A stretch of DNA of 63,852 nucleotides from Heteronotia binoei. Lineage: Eukaryota. This document shows, piece by piece, positions 60,005-63,852 of the stretch (position 1 is its first letter; every line of letters begins with the position of its first letter). The notes under the pieces were generated by a model. It was not told the origin of the DNA. It did no database searches and worked only from the letters and a program-made list of their open reading frames with translations. The translations under genes and the position numbers were made by a program. Where the stretch lies: assembly GCF_032191835.1 (NCBI RefSeq), contig NC_083243.1:50282001-50345852 (forward strand). Reading direction: 5' to 3'.

Positions 60005-62587
60005 GTAACGTATGCGGAATGGGAGACCCCCATAGTAACGCCAGTCAAACCCAACGGGGAGGTTAGGATCTGCGCTGACTACAAGTGCACGATCAATAAG
60101 GCGCTGCAAGACAACCCCTACCCAGTCCCGGTGGTTAGCCACGTCCTAGCAGCACTAGCCGGGGCGAGGGTTTTTGGAAAGCTGGACTTAGCACAAGCAT
60201 ACCAGCAACTGCCGGTCGACGCTAAGACAGCGGAGGCGCAGACGATCGTGACCCACAGGGGCGCGTTCAGGGTTAAACGGCTGCAGTTCGGGGTCAGTGT
60301 AGCTCCGGGGATATTCCAGAGCATAATGGACTCTCTCTTGAAAGGGATCCCCGGAGTTCAACCCTTCTTTGACGACGTTTTAATCGCCGCCCCCACCGAA
60401 GGAGAGTTCAGCTGCCGCCTGCGAGAGGTCCTCAGACGGTTCCAAGCGGCGGGGCTGCGAGTCAAAAAGGAGAAATGTTTGTTGGGTGTTCCGCGAGTGG
60501 AGTTCCTGGGGTTCGCCGTGGACGCGGCTGGAATTCACCCGACGGCGGACAAGACCAGGGCCATAGTCCAGGCCCCTGCCCCCAAATGCAAGGCAGAACT
60601 ACAGAGTTTTCTAGGATTATTGAACTTTTATCATGCATTCCTGCCACACAAAGCCGCCGTGGCGGAACCGTTGCACCGCTTGTTAGATAAACAGGCCCCG
60701 TGGGTCTGGGGTAAACGCCAAGCCGCGGCGTTCCAGGCAGTGAAAGACCTCTTGGTCTCTAACGCGGTACTTCATCACTACGATGAAAACCTACCCCTGA
60801 TCCTGGCTTGCGACGCCTCCCCCTACGGAGTAGGAGCGGTCTTAGGGCACCAACTCCCGGACGGGAGAGAGGCGCCGATCGCTTACTACTCCCGGACTCT
60901 GTCCCCTGCCGAGCGGAACTACGCCCAGATCGATAAGGAGGCCCTGGCGATCGTGGCGGGGGTGCAAAAGTTCAACGACTACCTCTACGGTAGGCGTTTC
61001 ACCATCGCCACTGACCACAAGCCGCTCCTCGGCCTCCTAGCCCCCGATCGTCAGACCCCCCAGATTCTGTCTCAGAGGGTTTTAAGGTGGAACCAGTTCC
61101 TGAATTCATACACTTACGCTCTGATACACCGCCCCGGTAAAGCAATGGGTCACGCAGATGCCCTCAGCCGCCTGCCGCTACCCACAACGGACCCAGATCC
61201 CGCCCCGGCACACGGGGTGATGCTCATTGAGTCGCTCCCCGAGCGCCCACTGCACGCGGACGAGGTGGCTCGGGCGACTGGGAGAGACCGCATCCTCGCA
61301 CGGGTCAGGGACTGGGTGGGAAGGGGGTGGCCCTCGGGCAAGGTGGAAGAAGCATTTCGGCCGTTCGCGTCCAGGAAGGACGAGCTATCGACACACAAGG
61401 GGTGCATACTTTGGGGGAGCCGGGTGGTGGTGCCCCCCCCCCTGCGCAGACAGGTATTGGAGGATCTCCACGAGACCCACCCGGGCATCGTGAGAATGAA
61501 AGCCCTGCCCCGGAGCTACGTGTGGTGGCCGGGCATGGATGAGGAAATAGAGGGGTGGGTAAGAAGGTGCCAACCATGCCAGGAGTCCAGACCCAATCCG
61601 CCGTCCGCCCCGGTCCACAGGTGGGAGTCGAACGGGCGGCCGTGGTCCCGCCTCCATGTGGATTTCGCGGGGCCGTATCAGGGCCAGATCTTCTTTATAC
61701 TCGTGGACGCATATACAAAATGGCTAGAGGTAATCCCGGTGGCCTCGACCTCCACCGCAGCAGCAGTCAGGGCGCTCAGAAGGGTCCTCTGCACACACGG
61801 GATCCCTGACACCCTGGTGACGGACAACGGCACGGCATTCACCTCCCGGGAATTCCGGGAGTTCACCGACCGGTACCTCATAAGGCACATAAGGTCCGCC
61901 CCGTTCCATCCAGCCACCAACGGCCAGGCGGAGCGCATGGTGCGGACCACCAAAGAGGCCCTTGGCCGTATAGTACACGGGGATTGGGACCACCGCCTCT
62001 CAGCATTCCTGTTCCACAACAGGATCACCCCAAACCCTGTAACCGGTTTCAGCCCCGCAGAACTGCTCATGGGGAGGAAACTGACCACTCGTCTAGATAG
62101 GCTACACCCGGACCGGGCGCCGGATGTCCGCGGGTCCCCCGAGGTCCGGGAAGCAGTGAGAGGATTCTTTCCGGGCGACCCAGTGTATGCGAAAAACTTC
62201 GCAAGCGGCCCCGAGTGGTTGGCGGGAAGGGTTCTGAGGGTGACAGGCTCCCGGTCATACGAGGTAACCACCGCCGGAGGCCAGGTGCTGAGGCGGCACA
62301 TCGACCAGCTGCGCCGCCGCACCCTACCCGAGGAGGCAGAAGAGGCAGAGAGTAGGGAACCGCCAGCAACGGAACCGCCAGAAGGGGCCCCGCCAATACA
62401 GGAGCTACCCACGTACGAGGCCCCCGCAGCCGCGGGACCAGAACCGGAGCCAGCACCCGACCCGGGCCGGCAACAGCCAGAAACGGCGCCACCCACGTTG
62501 GGATCGGGCCCCACACCAACGGCAACCCCGAGGAGATCAACACGGGAACGCAGGACGCCAGCGTACCTACAGGACTATGTAGTTTAA
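60005..62587 (+). CDS. Gypsy pol fragment: reverse transcriptase, RNase H, integrase (no gag or protease)
   Basis: Unbroken ORF: RT (RICADYK, LDLAQAYQQ, FFDD at 60365-60376), RNase H (CDAS, DKEALA, TDHKPL, ADALSR), integrase HHCC (HETHPG...CQPC) and DDE (VDFAGP, TDNG, AERMV). Confidence 0.95.
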   Translation, partial: VTYAEWETPIVTPVKPNGEVRICADYKCTINKALQDNPYPVPVVSHVLAALAGARVFGKLDLAQAYQQLPVDAKTAEAQTIVTHRGAFRVKRLQFGVSVAPGIFQSIMDSLLKGIPGVQPFFDDVLIAAPTEGEFSCRLREVLRRFQAAGLRVKKEKCLLGVPRVEFLGFAVDAAGIHPTADKTRAIVQAPAPKCKAELQSFLGLLNFYHAFLPHKAAVAEPLHRLLDKQAPWVWGKRQAAAFQAVKDLLVSNAVLHHYDENLPLILACDASPYGVGAVLGHQLPDGREAPIAYYSRTLSPAERNYAQIDKEALAIVAGVQKFNDYLYGRRFTIATDHKPLLGLLAPDRQTPQILSQRVLRWNQFLNSYTYALIHRPGKAMGHADALSRLPLPTTDPDPAPAHGVMLIESLPERPLHADEVARATGRDRILARVRDWVGRGWPSGKVEEAFRPFASRKDELSTHKGCILWGSRVVVPPPLRRQVLEDLHETHPGIVRMKALPRSYVWWPGMDEEIEGWVRRCQPCQESRPNPPSAPVHRWESNGRPWSRLHVDFAGPYQGQIFFILVDAYTKWLEVIPVASTSTAAAVRALRRVLCTHGIPDTLVTDNGTAFTSREFREFTDRYLIRHIRSAPFHPATNGQAERMVRTTKEALGRIVHGDWDHRLSAFLFHNRITPNPVTGFSPAELLMGRKLTTRLDRLHPDRAPDVRGSPEVREAVRGFFPGDPVYAKNFASGPEWLAGRVLRVTGSRSYEVTTAGGQVLRRHIDQLRRRTLPEEAEEAESREPPATEPPEGAPPIQELPTYEAPAAAGPEPEPAPDPGRQQPETAPPTLGSGPTPTATPRRSTRERRTPAYLQDYVV

Positions 62588-62603
62588 ACTAGGAGGGGAG
62601 GAG

Positions 62604-62862
62604 TGTAGTGTATCGGACTCAGCGCAAGCGCCGCGCGACCCGAGCCACCCTCGGGTCGCCGTGCGCAGCGCGGGAAAAGCCACCGCCAATCCTGACCAAG
62701 GGCGGGAAGTTTAACTGGCCAGGATTGGGCTGGCCAGCGAAGGGGATGTTCCGGGAGGCATGTATATATTAGCGGACCCGGCCGCGTGTTCTGGGTTGCG
62801 TGTGATGTACCAGCCAATAAAGACCTATGCTTTCACCACGTCTCGTCTCCCAGTACATTACA
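62604..62862 (+). mobile_element. Gypsy 3' LTR (259 bp)
   Basis: TGTAGTGTA...TACATTACA near-perfect terminal inverted repeat; TATA-like TATATATT near 62763; AATAAA 62816-62821; directly follows the PPT. Confidence 0.93.
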
Positions 62863-63852
62863 AGTAGCTTCACTCTTTTATCTGTAGCCCACTTGCTCTC
62901 CTCAACAGTCACTTCAGTGCTAAGATGAGAGTGCCAGTGCTGTGGAGAAACGGGGGGAAAGGATAGGCTCTTCACTTCCATCTCAGGCACTGGGCCTGAA
63001 GCTGATCTGTCTTCCAGTCCCTGCAGTGGCAGCTGTGTCAAGGCAGAAACCATCTGCCAACCAAAGACCCTGCAGGGCCATAGCCGTACTCACTTTTTTG
63101 GAACACGAGACCAGGGCTAAACTGGGAGAAAGTGCCCAGAAGAGCCACAAGTGGCATGCCAAAGAGCTACAGAGTATCAGTATCACTGATCTACAGCCTC
63201 TCCTAGAAAATTATTATTCTGTTTTGTAGACCTGGGCAAGGGGAAGAAAAGATAACAAACCCCCAGTCTGAAGCAAATAGTCACCAACAACAATAGATAA
63301 AATAAACCCAGTGATTATCCTCTGCAACTAGTATCAAGTCTACCTCCATATCTACTCATGTGACACTACAGGACTGAACCATATCAGCTGTACCATCATT
63401 CATCTGCACATCTTCTAAGGTGATATATGCTATCATGTAGTAGCTATATCTAGACTGTCTATGCAAGAGAATAAATTGACATAAATAAGGCATTAAAAAT
63501 AAAAATACTCAGAAATCAGTGATGAACATTCCAACCTCCCTGAACATTTAATAACTGACATCTAAACTGTCATATCTGGTTTTGGAGTGAAACTGCTGAA
63601 TTAGAATTAATAGGCAGATATCTGACAATATAAAGTTTTAGCTTAAGAAGGATCAATCCCTCTATAGAACTTCACCTACACTATTAGTATCACTTTGTCA
63701 ATTTGCCACAGTTGGGAGTAGTATGCACCTACTCTGATTGGATTCTTTGCCCTTTTGACTAGTTCTTGCTTTCTGATCTTTAACATGTAATATGTTTTTG
63801 AATGCCAGGCCTCCTGATCTTACTTAGTAAGAACTCACCAACTCACACCTTT

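Larger units (their letters stand above)
60004..62862 (+). mobile_element. Young Ty3/Gypsy LTR retrotransposon with a 5' internal deletion
   Basis: 5-bp TSD AGTAG at 59999-60003 and 62863-62867; begins TGTA then runs directly into RT; PPT AGGAGGGGAGGAG 62591-62603; complete 3' LTR; CpG-rich. Confidence 0.96.

Noticed and set aside
61150-62543. Several long minus-strand and off-frame ORFs (up to 278 aa)
   Set aside because: Shadow ORFs of the GC-rich Gypsy pol.
63094-63202. Minus-strand exon-like segment with a hydrophobic frame and a strong gtgagt donor
   Set aside because: Weak acceptor, no ATG and no partner exon found; expected by chance.
33000-63852. SPTLC2, expected next by synteny
   Set aside because: No matching exon or non-TE CpG island seen; it probably starts beyond the window.
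1-63852. CRISPR arrays or prokaryotic systems
   Set aside because: The DNA is intron-containing vertebrate sequence, and no regularly spaced repeat-spacer array is present.

Overview
Vertebrate genomic DNA, most likely from a gecko (inferred from Squam3-like, Sauria and 5S-Sauria SINEs, Bov-B, and gecko-type CR1/L2/hAT repeats). The first 33 kb hold the conserved SNW1-SLIRP-ALKBH1 cluster: the last three coding exons of SNW1 (+), the complete 4-exon SLIRP (-, 104 aa) and the complete 6-exon ALKBH1 (+, 369 aa, with Fe/2OG ligands intact). SLIRP and ALKBH1 lie head-to-head with only 100 bp between their ATGs. ALKBH1 intron 1 carries an antisense processed RPL13A pseudogene and a Penelope-type minimal hammerhead ribozyme motif with an intact core. 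The rest (33-64 kb) has no recognisable known gene and is dense in transposable elements (TEs). It includes a young CR1 hit by three different TEs within about 130 bp, a perfect 129-bp-arm palindromic MITE, two solo LTRs, and many hAT elements with 8-bp target site duplications (TSDs). It also holds a very young Gypsy element whose 5' LTR, gag and protease are cleanly deleted while both TSDs and an unbroken RT-RNaseH-integrase ORF remain. The most novel candidate is a 3-exon, 80-aa ORF just downstream of ALKBH1 (32815-34330), with a signal-peptide-like N-terminus and dibasic sites; this is a hand-built gene model without expression evidence. All identifications are from manual reading and recalled sequences; no database searches were run.
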